Source of the DNA: Isurus oxyrinchus
Taxonomy: Eukaryota
Direction: 5' to 3'
DNA: 64,000 bases
NCBI GenBank assembly: GCA_026770705.1
Contig: JANJGN010000036.1
Span: forward strand, 1,674,001 to 1,738,000
The number at the start of each line of letters is the position of its first letter. The first letter of the stretch is position 1. The position numbers were made by a program, and so were the translations under genes. Below the pieces are notes generated by a model. The model saw only the letters and a list, made by a program, of their open reading frames with translations, was not told the DNA's origin and did not search any database. This document shows, one piece after another, positions 33,421-45,290 of the stretch.

Positions 33421-36400
33421 GAATATAGATAATAAGAGAGAGGAATCAGTGGAAGAAGTAGTAAATGGAAAACTAGGGTGTTATTTGATCATTGACATTC
33501 TCGAATGTCCTTTATCCCGCCAGACACATTAATCCCAATGAAACAGAGAGATGAATATTGCATAAAGCTTTACACTGGGAAAATTAGATGTTTGAGATTG
33601 GGGTCATGGGCACATTGGAAGAGGCAATATTTAACCTACAAAGAGATAATGCCAAAAAATAAGCGGCATATAGACTAAACCAGGAAAATATTAATAGCTA
33701 CCTCTGTCAGACAAGAAAATTCCACGAAGAAGAGTTTCACTGGAATTGATTTTAACGGCTGAAGTAAAGCGAGCACCGCTGCTCCAATTCCCACCCAGAT
33801 AATTATATGGCTCCTGACGGCACAGGTTCCATCCGTCTCGATGGTCCCAGAATCGCTCTGTTCCTCGGTATTGCGCCTGGAAACATTCGAGCTGACAGCA
33901 AACCAATCGGGGTCCAAACCCTTCACTAAGCACACCATTGAGGCAACTTCAGCTGGTGGCGGGATTAAGAAGTAGATTATTGGAGATCCTGGCGGGATGG
34001 AGAGATATGATTCAATCGCTAATGGGTTTAAACTGCTGATTAGTTATGGTGCAAAGTATAAAATAATCGTAATGTGTACCTGTAATGAGCAACTAGGAAT
34101 CATTGCACGTCCGTAATGACCAGACAATAGAGAGTGGATCTCTGGTTAATCTCTCCCGAAAATCTCCCGGTTGGAGCGTTGTATTTTGTCCCGGAGAAAA
34201 CAAGTTGTAGATTTTCCTGGTGCTGATATTGATACCACTGGTCCCCCTGCCAACCAGCCGGTGTGACAATGCACCTTTTAGTTACTTCCAAGAGAGAGAC
34301 TATGGGCCGCCAGAGTCTAGGGCAAAAGTGCCAGTGATACAATAACTGGGAGGGAAAAAAATCAACACTAGAAATTCTGTTATGACAGCGAAAGAGAACA
34401 TGTTTCCTCTGCAGAATTGGCTAGAACAGCAAACTATAAAGCACAACAGCCCCATATTAATAAATCAGGTGGATTCAAGCACTGATGGTTTTATTTGAAA
34501 CAGTTGCAGGCGGCAGGGTGAAAGAGAAATGGGATTGCAGCCAGTGAAGGTTTTATGCTCAAGCGCAGCCTCTATTGTAAAACAGGGAATTTGGAGAATT
34601 TGCGCACAGCTTTAATCCACAAAGAGTAACTTGATATTCATCTGGATTGTTTTTTCTGACATTGTTTGAAGGATAAAATTTGTCATGGGGAGGCCCAGGA
34701 AAAAAATGAGCCACCGGGTCATCCACCACCAACCCCCCTACCCCACACACCCATCCCGTGTTCCCACCCCCAACCCAGCGTCGCCCCCCCACACCACCCA
34801 CCCCCTGTCCGCCCGCCACCCAACCTCCCACCACCACCACCATCCCCCCCGCCACCCACCAACCCCCACCCCCACCCCGGTGTCGCCCCAGCTCTTTTGC
34901 TTGCTGGTGAAATGGGGGGGTTTGCCCACCAAATGGGAAGACAGAGAATCTTGATTCACCAGGTAATCCGCTGGATTGGAGAATGTTGACATGTGATCGA
35001 TTATGATCAGGTGAGATAATGTATTTCTCACACATGAAGCTAATATGATAGGATGTAATTGTGGGAGTAATTTTACACCTGACTGACTAGCTCAGTGGTC
35101 TCAAACTTGCAATGAGACAATTCTGAATGAGGAGCGAAGAAGACACAAACCTGGAAGCAGATGCAGCAACGCGCAGGGCATTAACAATCTCAAGTTTGGC
35201 GCTCCCGAACATGTTGCTGTGTGATTTGCACCGTCTCTTCTCTCTGGTGTCTCTGTGCTCGGCCTCGGGACTCATAAGACATGGAGAAAATGCACATTTT
35301 GCAGAGATTAGATGCACTGTTCAAAAATAGCATACTGGAAAAATCTACCCCTGTAACTGTTGGCTGAGGGTTTCCTGTTTACAGGTTAGGAGCCCACGCA
35401 CAGCTCTGCCTGCAAAGGGCAACACGTAACAGCTCGTGTGAGAAGCCTGTGAAAGATGGGGCGTGGCCCAGAGTGGCTCAAACTGTAGGCAAAAGGCAAT
35501 GGTGCTGAATTCAACAATATTAACGCTTGTGACGTTTGCGTGGGTGCAGGGTTAACATCCCTAATTGCGAGCGATTTGTTTAATTCCTCCACAACACACT
35601 AATTTATTCTGGTCTCCACAAAAATAACATGCTAGATTTAATAAAGCTGGAAACAGATGTTAATATTTTGGTAACTGTTTCACCCAATAGCTGTCTCCCG
35701 CCTGTCAATTTCTGTCAGAAGTACTCCTCACTCGCACCCAACACCTTTGAACTAATTACCCTGGATCTGTAATATAGCCATTCTCTGAGAGGGACCCTGT
35801 ACGGCGAGGAGGCTGGAGTTGCACACAAAGGTATTGCGAGGTGGAAACTGAATCTCGTTCGATTTAATCGCTGAAGTGCCCCATAACAAGCTGGTAACAT
35901 TCCAGCCCTTGGACATGCAGCAGCCATACATTCACAAAACGTTTAGATATAGTTACCATTGATTGTTGGAGAAACTTGGACAGAGTGGAGCAAGATCCCT
36001 GATGTTAAGCATGTGGAACAGGATATACAAAACAGAAAAGGATGTACCAAACCAAGTTCTACTCTAGAAAATGTGTGGCCTTGCACGCCGCAATGCTCAG
36101 ATGGATAGACAGGGGTGATAGAATAAAGCGGCAAGATAGAGTTAAGGTATCAATCAATAGCCTGATTTAATGGCAGAACAAACTCAACTGTGAGGATGAA
36201 TGGCTCCTCCTGCGGCATTGTTCCAGTAGGATTAGGAGGACAAAATATTAAAAGACAAATTGAGGACTGATATCACAACGTCTATGACAATTAGACTGAT
36301 TAACATTGGGAATTATTCTCTGGGTAGGGAAAATGGTGCGGCGAGTTGGGAGTTGGCTATTGGGGTGGATGGTGAAACCCACTGAAATTATTTAGGAAAC

Positions 36401-37005
36401 AAGTGTTGCTCTGATGTTTGAGGGAGGCATAACGTTTCTAGATGGATGAACATTGTATAGTGAACGATCTTTCCCATCTGCATCTTGCAAAAAGGCTCTC
36501 CAAATTATCTTTACAATATCTGTGCAAAATCTAATTTAACAGGGGAATAAACGATGATCATTTGAGAATAATTCTATCCGCTAGAACAGGACTGACAAGA
36601 GACTGTTGAGTGGATTGGAGTTATCCAACTGTTCAGTCATCTTAACAGCTACGGCCTCCAAGTTTTAAGGTTTCTGAAATTAAAACTCAGTGAAAGATCA
36701 TTTCAATTTTTAGTCATGCATTTTACTGCTCTTCTGATATGTTGAGTAAATTGTGTTAAGGTTTCCAAATTATTAACATCACTGGCAATCAGCTTTCAGG
36801 CACAGCTATGGGTTGTGCAATAAAGCGCACAGTCACTAAAAGTTATTGGAGTGGTGTGGCAAAAGAGGACGCATTCTCAGGGTCAAGAGGAGATAGCTGG
36901 GATGTTGGGCTAAAGTACGCATTGAAAGAGCCGGCATAGGGATAATCTTCTGCAATCACCATCTGCCGGTAATATCTTGGTCACACACCAAACACACACA
37001 CACAC

Positions 37006-37043
<38 letters not shown>

Positions 37044-39909
37044 CAAACACACACACAAGCACAAACACCCCAAACAGACACACCAAACACACACACACAG
37101 CCCAAACACAAACACACACATCAAACAAACACGAACACAACACACACATGCACACACCAAACACGCACACACACAAAACACACACACACACACTGACAGC
37201 AAAATAGAAAGTGAGACACATTAACTATATACACACATAGTCACGCGCAGCATGGGGTACCTCACTCACCTCTACAGCTCCAGTATCCTCTATGTGCCAG
37301 TTGTTAACTCTTACAGTAACACAAGATACAGTGATCTTCGCGATATCTTTCAACTTGTTGCACAAAAATGAACATTTACACAGTGACACAGAGCTAGCTC
37401 TGAAGGGACATGAATGAAATAAATCATTCGGTGTAATATTCGTTTGCGGTCCGGTATAAAATGGTTAAATTACAGCATTTCTGTTTTGGAATGAAAGCCC
37501 TCCTGTTGCACTTATCGATGGGGCAATGGCGGCTTCTGTTCCAATAATACCCAGCGGCTGAGAAAGGCCTCAATCAGTGAAACAGGCCGCACTGCACACT
37601 GGGTCAACCTGCTGCGTATGCTCAGGTCAAACTCCTCCAGAGCAGCCATTTTTATTTTCTTTATGCGCCAATTTCAGAGCAGAATTTTTGATCCCTCTCG
37701 CGTCTAACGTGTCTCTTCTTCGTTTGACGACTTTATGTGACGTCACGTTCAGATGGCGACCATTTTCCCCGCACGGGGGCTGTGGCCCACGAATGACAAA
37801 GTGCAAGGGCTGGAATCGGGGAATGCGGCAAGAGATGACTCCTGGATGATCAGATAGCAGAGGAGGGCGAGAAGAGTGTTACACAGGGCCCGTGCGGACA
37901 GGAGGGGAAATTGCAGCAGCCACACTGTGAGATCATTCCTCCTGAACAATTTCAAACACCCATGGAACTATTGCTCCCGTATGGAAATAAAATCCGTCTT
38001 ATTTGAGCCCTGGTAACATTTGCACAGTGCTTCCGAGGTAGGCATATTTCATCTTCCTTTCTAACTTGTTTTGCTCCTTATCTGGACACACATGATTGTG
38101 CTTTATACAGATTGCAACCTATCCCTTTCTCCATAACATCCATCACTGGGACATAAGTTTACATATTTCACGGAGATTAAAGTGAGTTTGCTGATTGGTG
38201 CCGTTATTTCACATGGGCACTTTTGGTTGATAAAGAAAAACAAACATGTATCTCGACAGCGCTTTCAATGAGCTCAGGGCATCCAAAGTTTTTTCCAGTC
38301 AGATGAAGAATTTCTGACGTGTCGTCCTAGTTGTTGTGTAGGAAATGCAGCAGCCAATCAGCGCACAGCAAGCTCCCACAAACATAAGTGTGATAATGAG
38401 CAGATGTTGGTTGCGAGTTACATATTGGTCCCAGGGCCGGTGAGGGGTGAGTTGAAGAAGTGGGGAACTGCATCCATCCCCTCCCCCCTCATTCGTGCTC
38501 CTGTTCTTCTTCCAATATTGCCTGTGGAATACTTTGGCATAGTTTACATCTGCCTGAGATTTTTGGCAGGGCCTCAATTTATCATATCATCCAAAACACA
38601 GCTTCTCTTCAACTGCTGCACTCCGTCATTACTGAATCCTGAGGCATCAATCTGGCTCAAGTCCCTGGAGCAGGACATTAATCAACAACGTGCTGATTCA
38701 GAAGGGAGGAAGGTACGTATTGAGCAGTAAATTACATCCTGTCAGGAATCCGTGTGTCTGGACTCATCAGTTGAAATGTTTGATTGCCCTTAATGTTTTG
38801 ATGCTCTTAAGAAAAAGAGGTGATGATGTGTTTGAATGGCAGATAAGTCTTCGTCATAACTGACGAGTTTGCTGCTCGATATTGAAGGCAAGAGACGAGA
38901 AAAAATGGAAGGGTCTCTAAAAGCAGGCCACGCTATTTGTGCCACGTCACAGGCGGGCCAATAGCACCGTTGATCTGGGTATCAGGAGCTAAGATAAGGC
39001 TTTCAAAACACCACCCAGGGCGCCTGCCTGCAGATGACGAGGGGCTTAGCTACTTTCAGTGCCGTTCTCAGATACAGACCGGGACCTGGCTGTTGGACAA
39101 TGGGTATCAACGTTGTCGTGGATTAAACTGGACTGATAAATGTTTGCTGGCTTGCAGCAGCTTTTAATTCAACGGACCTTATTGTGCATCTCACGCCCCA
39201 TGCCTCCACCCCCCGCCTCTTCCACACCTCCCACCCATCCCCCCCCCCCCCCACAACCCAACACCCCCACCCCCATCCCCCAGATCTTCATAGAAAGGAA
39301 CATAAGGATCAGAAGCCTGAATTGCCCTTCACGCCTGCTCCACAAATGAATAATGGCTGACCTTCTCCATCAACCCCACTTTCACTTTATTCATTCGTTC
39401 CAAAACTCTACTGATCGCTGCGTTGAACACACTCAGAGAATGTGCATCCACAGCTCTCTGGGTGGAGAATTCCAAAGATTCACAAACCTCTTGGTGAATC
39501 AATTTCTACTCAACTCAGTCCTGAATAGGTAACAACTTATCCTGAGATTTGTTACTGATTACTGGACGCTCCAAGCATGGCGGGGGCGGGGGGGGGGGGG
39601 GGGGGGGTGGGGGGGGTCTAGAGTTAGGAATCCCACTCAGCATTAACTCTGTCAAGCCCTTGCAGAATTTTACATGTTTCAATGAGATCACCTCTTATTC
39701 TTCTAAACTCCAAAATCTATGGACCGATCCCACTCAATCTCTCATCATTGCACTGCTGCCCCCTTGTCCTGGCCTCCCTGCCTCACTAGAGGAAATCATT
39801 CCTCTCTATCGATTCTACTGAATCAACTAATCAGATTAAACTCCTCAATCAGGTCACAGTTTAACTTCCCAAATTCGAGGAAATGCAAGCCTAGCCCGTG
39901 TAACCCGTC

Positions 39910-42250
39910 CTCATAATTATAACCTTATAGTACTTCAATCGCCCTGTTGAACTTAGATCTGGTTTATATAACCCCACAGCACAATCTTAATTCACATTCA
40001 CGAGAATGCTACTCTAAACGCTTACTTGTTTCCCGCAAGGATTTATTGGATAATTTCTGAGGGATGGGTCTTGAATGAGTCTTAAAAGGGAGCTCTTTGT
40101 TATTCTGGAACCTGATCTGTTTGTATCTACTGATTCTGGAGTAACTAGAATCGGAAAATCTAGACTGATGTGACTTTGATCGGTAATGCAATGAAGCAGG
40201 TCTGGTGTTCTCCTTCCTCCTTCTCTCTCTCTCTCTCTTTCTCTCGCTCTTTCTCTCTCTCCCTAATTGAATATCGTGCTGCCAATGTTTGCAAACCTAG
40301 GATCAGGAAAACAGTAATATCTAGACTGAAAAATAAGAAATTGCATCTAGATTGCATTCTATCATGCTGGCCGTTACATTATACAATGATAATTGGGTTT
40401 CCATGGCTATTCAATTCTATCAATTTGCCGACAATATCCTAGACGTGGGAAGTGAATCATCCAGTGGTGGGGATTTCTGGGAACCATTGCTCCTCGGTCA
40501 CCTGTTTTTTTTTTTTTTTCCAAAACAAACTCTGCTCACTGTAACGTTCTGAATTGTAGGTTTAAACTTAAACACAAACCAAAACAGACTGTGCAAAAGT
40601 AAAATTGAACCCTCGTAAGCTGGCTGCATCACCTTCCTGTAACTCTCCTGTTGTATTATAATCCTGTAAATCATTAACACAGCTCTTCTCAGACACACAA
40701 ACCCAAAAATACCAGCATCTCAACACAGGACTGATATTGCCACCTTAAAACAGATTGCAGTTTCACCCAGGTGACATAAGCTAAATATTGATCAAAAGAA
40801 ACCTCTACTCTGTCAATAAAATCGATGAATAATTTATTTTATTTACATACAGGCATTTGCAAGGAAATAATAATCCTGCCAGTAACTGGAGTTACAGAGT
40901 TCGCATAAAGGATTGAGAAAAAACTCAATGAAGTTCCGAATCTTTGCTCATTGTTACGTTCACGCTTGAATTACACTAGTACAGTGGAATATCATTCGCA
41001 ATATTTAAGGCAACCTATTTCATATTTTTTAATAATGATCCAGTCTTTGTAAGCCCTGACGGTTGCACAGAGAAGGCTGTCCCCTTAATTTAAACCTTAT
41101 AGCTCCTATATCGTTCTGTTGAGCTTAGATCTGATTTTTATAACCCCACAGCATAATCTAAACTAACTTACAAAAGAAGGATACTGTGAAGAGATCATTT
41201 TTAACCGCAAGAGATTTATTGGACATTTTCTGGGATATGGATCTTGAAAGAGTTTTAACAGGCAGTTCTTTGTTACGCCGGAATCTCACCCGTTTCCATT
41301 CTCTGATCCTGAAGTAATATGAATCCGAATATGCAGACTGATGTGAATTTGATAGGTATTGCAGTGTAACCCCCAGGTGTGGTGTCCTCCTCCCCCTTCT
41401 CTCCCTCTGTCTCCCTCTGTCTCTCTCTCTCTCTAACTGAATATCTTGTTGCTAATGTTTGCAAACCTAGGATCAGGAAAACAATAATATCTAAACTGAA
41501 AGATAAGAAATTCCATAAATATTGCCTTCTATCATGCTGGCAGTTACATTTTACAATGATAATTGGGTTTCACTGGCGATACATTTCTATCAGCTTGCCC
41601 ACAATATCCCAGACATGAGAATAGAATCCTTCAGTGGTGGGGATTTTTGGGAACCATTACTCCTCGGTCACCTGCTTTTTCTCCAAAACAAACTGTACTC
41701 ACTCCATGTCTGTAACTTGAAGGCTTAAACTTAAACACAAACATAAAGAAACTGTATAAAAGTAAAATTGAACCTTCATATGTTTCCTGCATCTGTTTCC
41801 TGTTCCTTTACTGTTGTGTTCCAATCCTGTAAATCATTAACACAACACCTCTCAGACAGAGAAACCGACAACTACCGCCATCTCAACCAAGGACTGATAT
41901 TGCCATCTCAAAATAAATTGCAGTTTCATCCATTTGGCATTGAATTATATGCTAAATATTGATCAACACAAACTTCTCTTGTGTCATTAAAATCCAAGAA
42001 TAATTTATTTTATTTACATACAGAAATTTGCAGGGATATAATAATCCTGTCAGAAACTGGAGTTACAGGGTCAGCAGAAATGTTTAAGCGAAACACAAGG
42101 AAGTCCCTAATTTTTGCTCAATGTTACTTTCACGCTTGAATTACACTAACACAGTATAATATCCTTCGCAATATTCAAGGCAACTTATTTCATCTTTTTT
42201 CAAAAATGAACCAGTCTTTGCTAGCCCTGACGATTGCACCGGGAAAGCTT
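39910..42250. repeat. Tandem duplication, unit about 1.17 kb (39910-41078 / 41079-42250)
   Basis: Matched anchors CTTAGATCTG..TAACCCCACAGCA, AATGTTTGCAAACCTAGGATCAGGAAAACA, CAGTCTTTG..AGCCCTGACG.TTGCAC. Confidence 0.9.
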
Positions 42251-42381
42251 AATTGTTTGATGGGGATCTCCATGGCTCAATGGTTACTTGTGCAAGGCTG
42301 TGGGTTCTTTCGCAAATCGTCTCTCCTGCATAATTCATCGGAGGGAAAACATCCGGATTCTCATCTGCGACCCGCCTTCTT

Positions 42382-43760
42382 TTATGATCTCTTTTCCGAT
42401 GCAGTCTTGTCCAAAGAAGCGTAGAGAGTCCGCCCTGAGACTTGGAGACACATTCAACATTGATGTTCAAAAATACTTTAAGAAGACACGTCAAATTATC
42501 TTGGGCCGCAATTGCGTTTCATAGAATCATAGATTGATACATCCCAGGAGGAGACCATTCGACCCATTCTGTCCATCCGGGGTTTTTGTAAACGCCATCC
42601 AATTAGTCCCACTATCCCCTTCTCAGACCCCTTACCCCAACTATTTTCTCCCCTTCAAGCCTTCATTCTTCAATCTGTTATTGATTCTGCTTTCATTGCC
42701 ATCTGTACCGATTTGACATTTTTATGTTCAATGTTTCAATGCAAGAATTGCCTGAATGAAGGTTTTGTAACAGATAAGTAAAATTCGGAAATCAATTAAC
42801 ACAAAAATTACCAAAGTTTAATCAGGAAACTGGAATGGTGACTCTATCGATTTGAATGGATTGCTCTGCTGTTCACTGGTCAGTTCGGTTATCATGTTTC
42901 GCCATGCGTCTTGTACATGATAGAATCGTACACACAGTCAAAATAATTTCGTTTATATTGCTCCTTTCACGTATTCAGGCAGGCACTGGTCACTCAAAGG
43001 CACTTCACGGAAACGTAATTACTGTTCGTTGTGTATGATACGCAGCAGCAATTTTGCACACATTAAGATCCCATAGAAATGATGATCTTAATGGTCCAAA
43101 TGATTTATTTTTTGAGATGTTGGTTGAGGGGTTAAATATCAAACATGACACAGGTAATAACTCCGCCCTGCTCCTTCTCCAACAGCGCTGGCGACATCTT
43201 TTATCCAACTGGAGAGCACAGCCAGACCTCGGCTTAAAGCTTCACCTGAAAACTGCATCTCGAAATTGCAATACTCTCTCAGTCCTGCACTTGAATGTCA
43301 GTCCAGACTTATTGCTCAAGTCCCTGGAGTGAGGCCTCGAACCCACGGCCTCCTGACTAAGAGATGTGTATGGGGAGGTGGGGTGGGTGGGGGGAGAGAG
43401 TTACAGGAAAAACCATTGAGGCAAGGTGCACAATCGCTCACGCAATCCCACAGTCAAACGCACACACAGACTCGCACACTCATATTCTCCAGAACTCATT
43501 CCTTCTTTGCCCACTTACAACAGGAACATATTTTGATTTACCTATAAAACTACCGTGAGTTAGACCTTACCTTCATTGTAATTCCAGTGGCTAGTATATT
43601 TAGAAACAAAATTGTTGGGTGGAGGACGGAGGCATGAGGGCCGAGGAAGATGGGATCTAGACTCACCGTAGAAATAAACAAAGTAAAATAAAAATCACAT
43701 AAAGCTAGAGATCGAAAGTAAAAACAGCAGGGAATCAGAAGTAAAGAATTAAAAGACATT
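42382..43760 (-). pseudogene. Relic 3' half of a third receptor type: decayed TM-like exon 43760-43667, 20-nt exon 43590-43571, LYASL terminal exon 42440-42382
   Basis: AG|..|GTGAGT flanks a hydrophobic ECLLILYF*..YVIFILLCLFL segment; AG|CCACTGGAATTACAATGAAG|GTAAGG is phase 1 to 0; terminal exon homologous to 16028, 28488 and 50876 with a 1-nt deletion. Confidence 0.55.
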
Positions 43761-44339
43761 CTACCAGGAACATAAGCATATCCTTTGTAATATCAGTTGG
43801 GAAGAGGGCGGGAGGAATTGTCCTGATTCCAGTTAGAGGGAAAGGAATTGTGACACAAATTCAGTTGCTCGAAACTGTTAACTGCCCTCTGTGAACCACG
43901 TGTAATATCCGGGATTGGATACCAAAGACCTTATCCCAAAATTCATTTTGTCTGCATATTATTACAGCAGTTTCAATGCTCGCACCTGTATTCGGCCGTG
44001 ATCTGTCCATTTCGCCGCTATTTGATGGTGATCACCTGTGTGTTAATGGTTAGGATATGAATAGAATTGTTATCCCAGTTGGGAAAGTCTATAGTTACTC
44101 ACAGAGGATTGCGTGCCAATGGCCATGAATGCACCAATGGCTCCAGTACATTAATGGGCCACAAACGTCAATGGGCCCCCAAACTGCGAAACCTCATCAA
44201 TATGCAAACAGTTCCTTAAACTTCAATGGAGTCCAATTCGACAATGGTGGATAAGTACCCCTAACACCAGAGTTTGTGGCCTAATTGGTATATTACTGCC
44301 AGTATTAAGAAGCAATAAATTGGCCTTTTATGAGACTAA

Positions 44340-45290
44340 CAGAGAGGAAAGACTTCTACAACAAGCAGCGGGAAGTTCTGGACCTAATACTCGGAACTGA
44401 GTCAGGGCAGGTGGGAGGCGTATCAATAGAGGACAATTTTCGCGATAGTGAACATAACACAGTTAGATTTAGGATAGTTATGGAAAAGGATAAATTTAGG
44501 CCGGGAGTATAAGTTCTAAGCTTGGGAAAGAAAAATTTTACTAACATGAGGTAAGATTTGGCCCAAGTGCAATACAAGCAGCTCCTTGCAGAAAAAAACT
44601 GTATCAGAACACTGGGAGACATTTAAGGAGGAAATGGGGAGAGTACAGGGCAAATATGTTCCAGTGAAGACAAGTGTGTAAGGGTGGGCGGGAGGCTGCA
44701 ATTGCGCAGAACCCTGGATGTCAAAGGGCATAAAAGTTAGGATTAAGACAAAAGGAGACGCTGGTGGCAAATACCGAAGACTCAATATGGCAGTATCCGT
44801 AGAGGAGTATAAAAAGTGCAGGGAGGAGATTTAAAAGGAAACTAGGAAAGATAAGCGAGTGCATGAGAAACCATTGATTGGCAGAATAAAGGATAACCCA
44901 AAGAGCTTTTTAAATACATACATAAAGAGCAAGAGAATAACTAGGGGAAGAATAGGGCCGATTATGGACCTTGGAGGTAATCTGTGTGTGGACCCGGAAG
45001 AGGTGTGTACAGTTCTCAATGACCACTTTGCTTCGGTCTTCACAATGGAAAAGCGCAACACAGGTATAGACATCAAGATGGAGGACTGCGAAATATCAGA
45101 TGAAATTAACATATACTTACAGGGGACACTAGCGGTTTTACTGACCTTAAAATTGGATAAATCTTTAGGCGTGAATGACATGAATCCCAGGCTATTGAGG
45201 GAAGCAAGGGAAACAACATCAAGGTCCCTGGTAGTAATTTTCAAATCCGCTCTTGCCACAGGTGAGGTGCTCACTTTGTCCCATTATTAA
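44340..45290 (+). mobile_element. CR1 ORF2 internal fragment (end of endonuclease domain to linker)
   Basis: VLDLIL..DSEHNTVRF; IKDNPKSF..YIKSKR..IGP; LNDHFASVFT; LKLDKSLG..MNPRLLRE. Confidence 0.9.

Larger units (their letters stand above)
30745..35193 (-). pseudogene. B2 pseudogene; exons 35193-35151, 34345-34080, 33988-33702, 31486-31370, 31235-31177, 30789-30745
   Basis: Leader ATG>TTG (LRLLMPCALLHLLP); V with stops, a frameshift and a deletion of YYC-CDR3-FG; C1 Trp lost and frameshifted; TM donor GT>GA; stop in the 59-nt exon; tail TLYARLAFNADPTL*. Confidence 0.9.

Noticed and set aside
37850-37945. Minus-strand hydrophobic stretch LTVWLLQFPLLSARALCNTLLALLCYLII vaguely like a TCR TM
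   Set aside because: No convincing donor site or linked exons; overlaps a possible + strand relic
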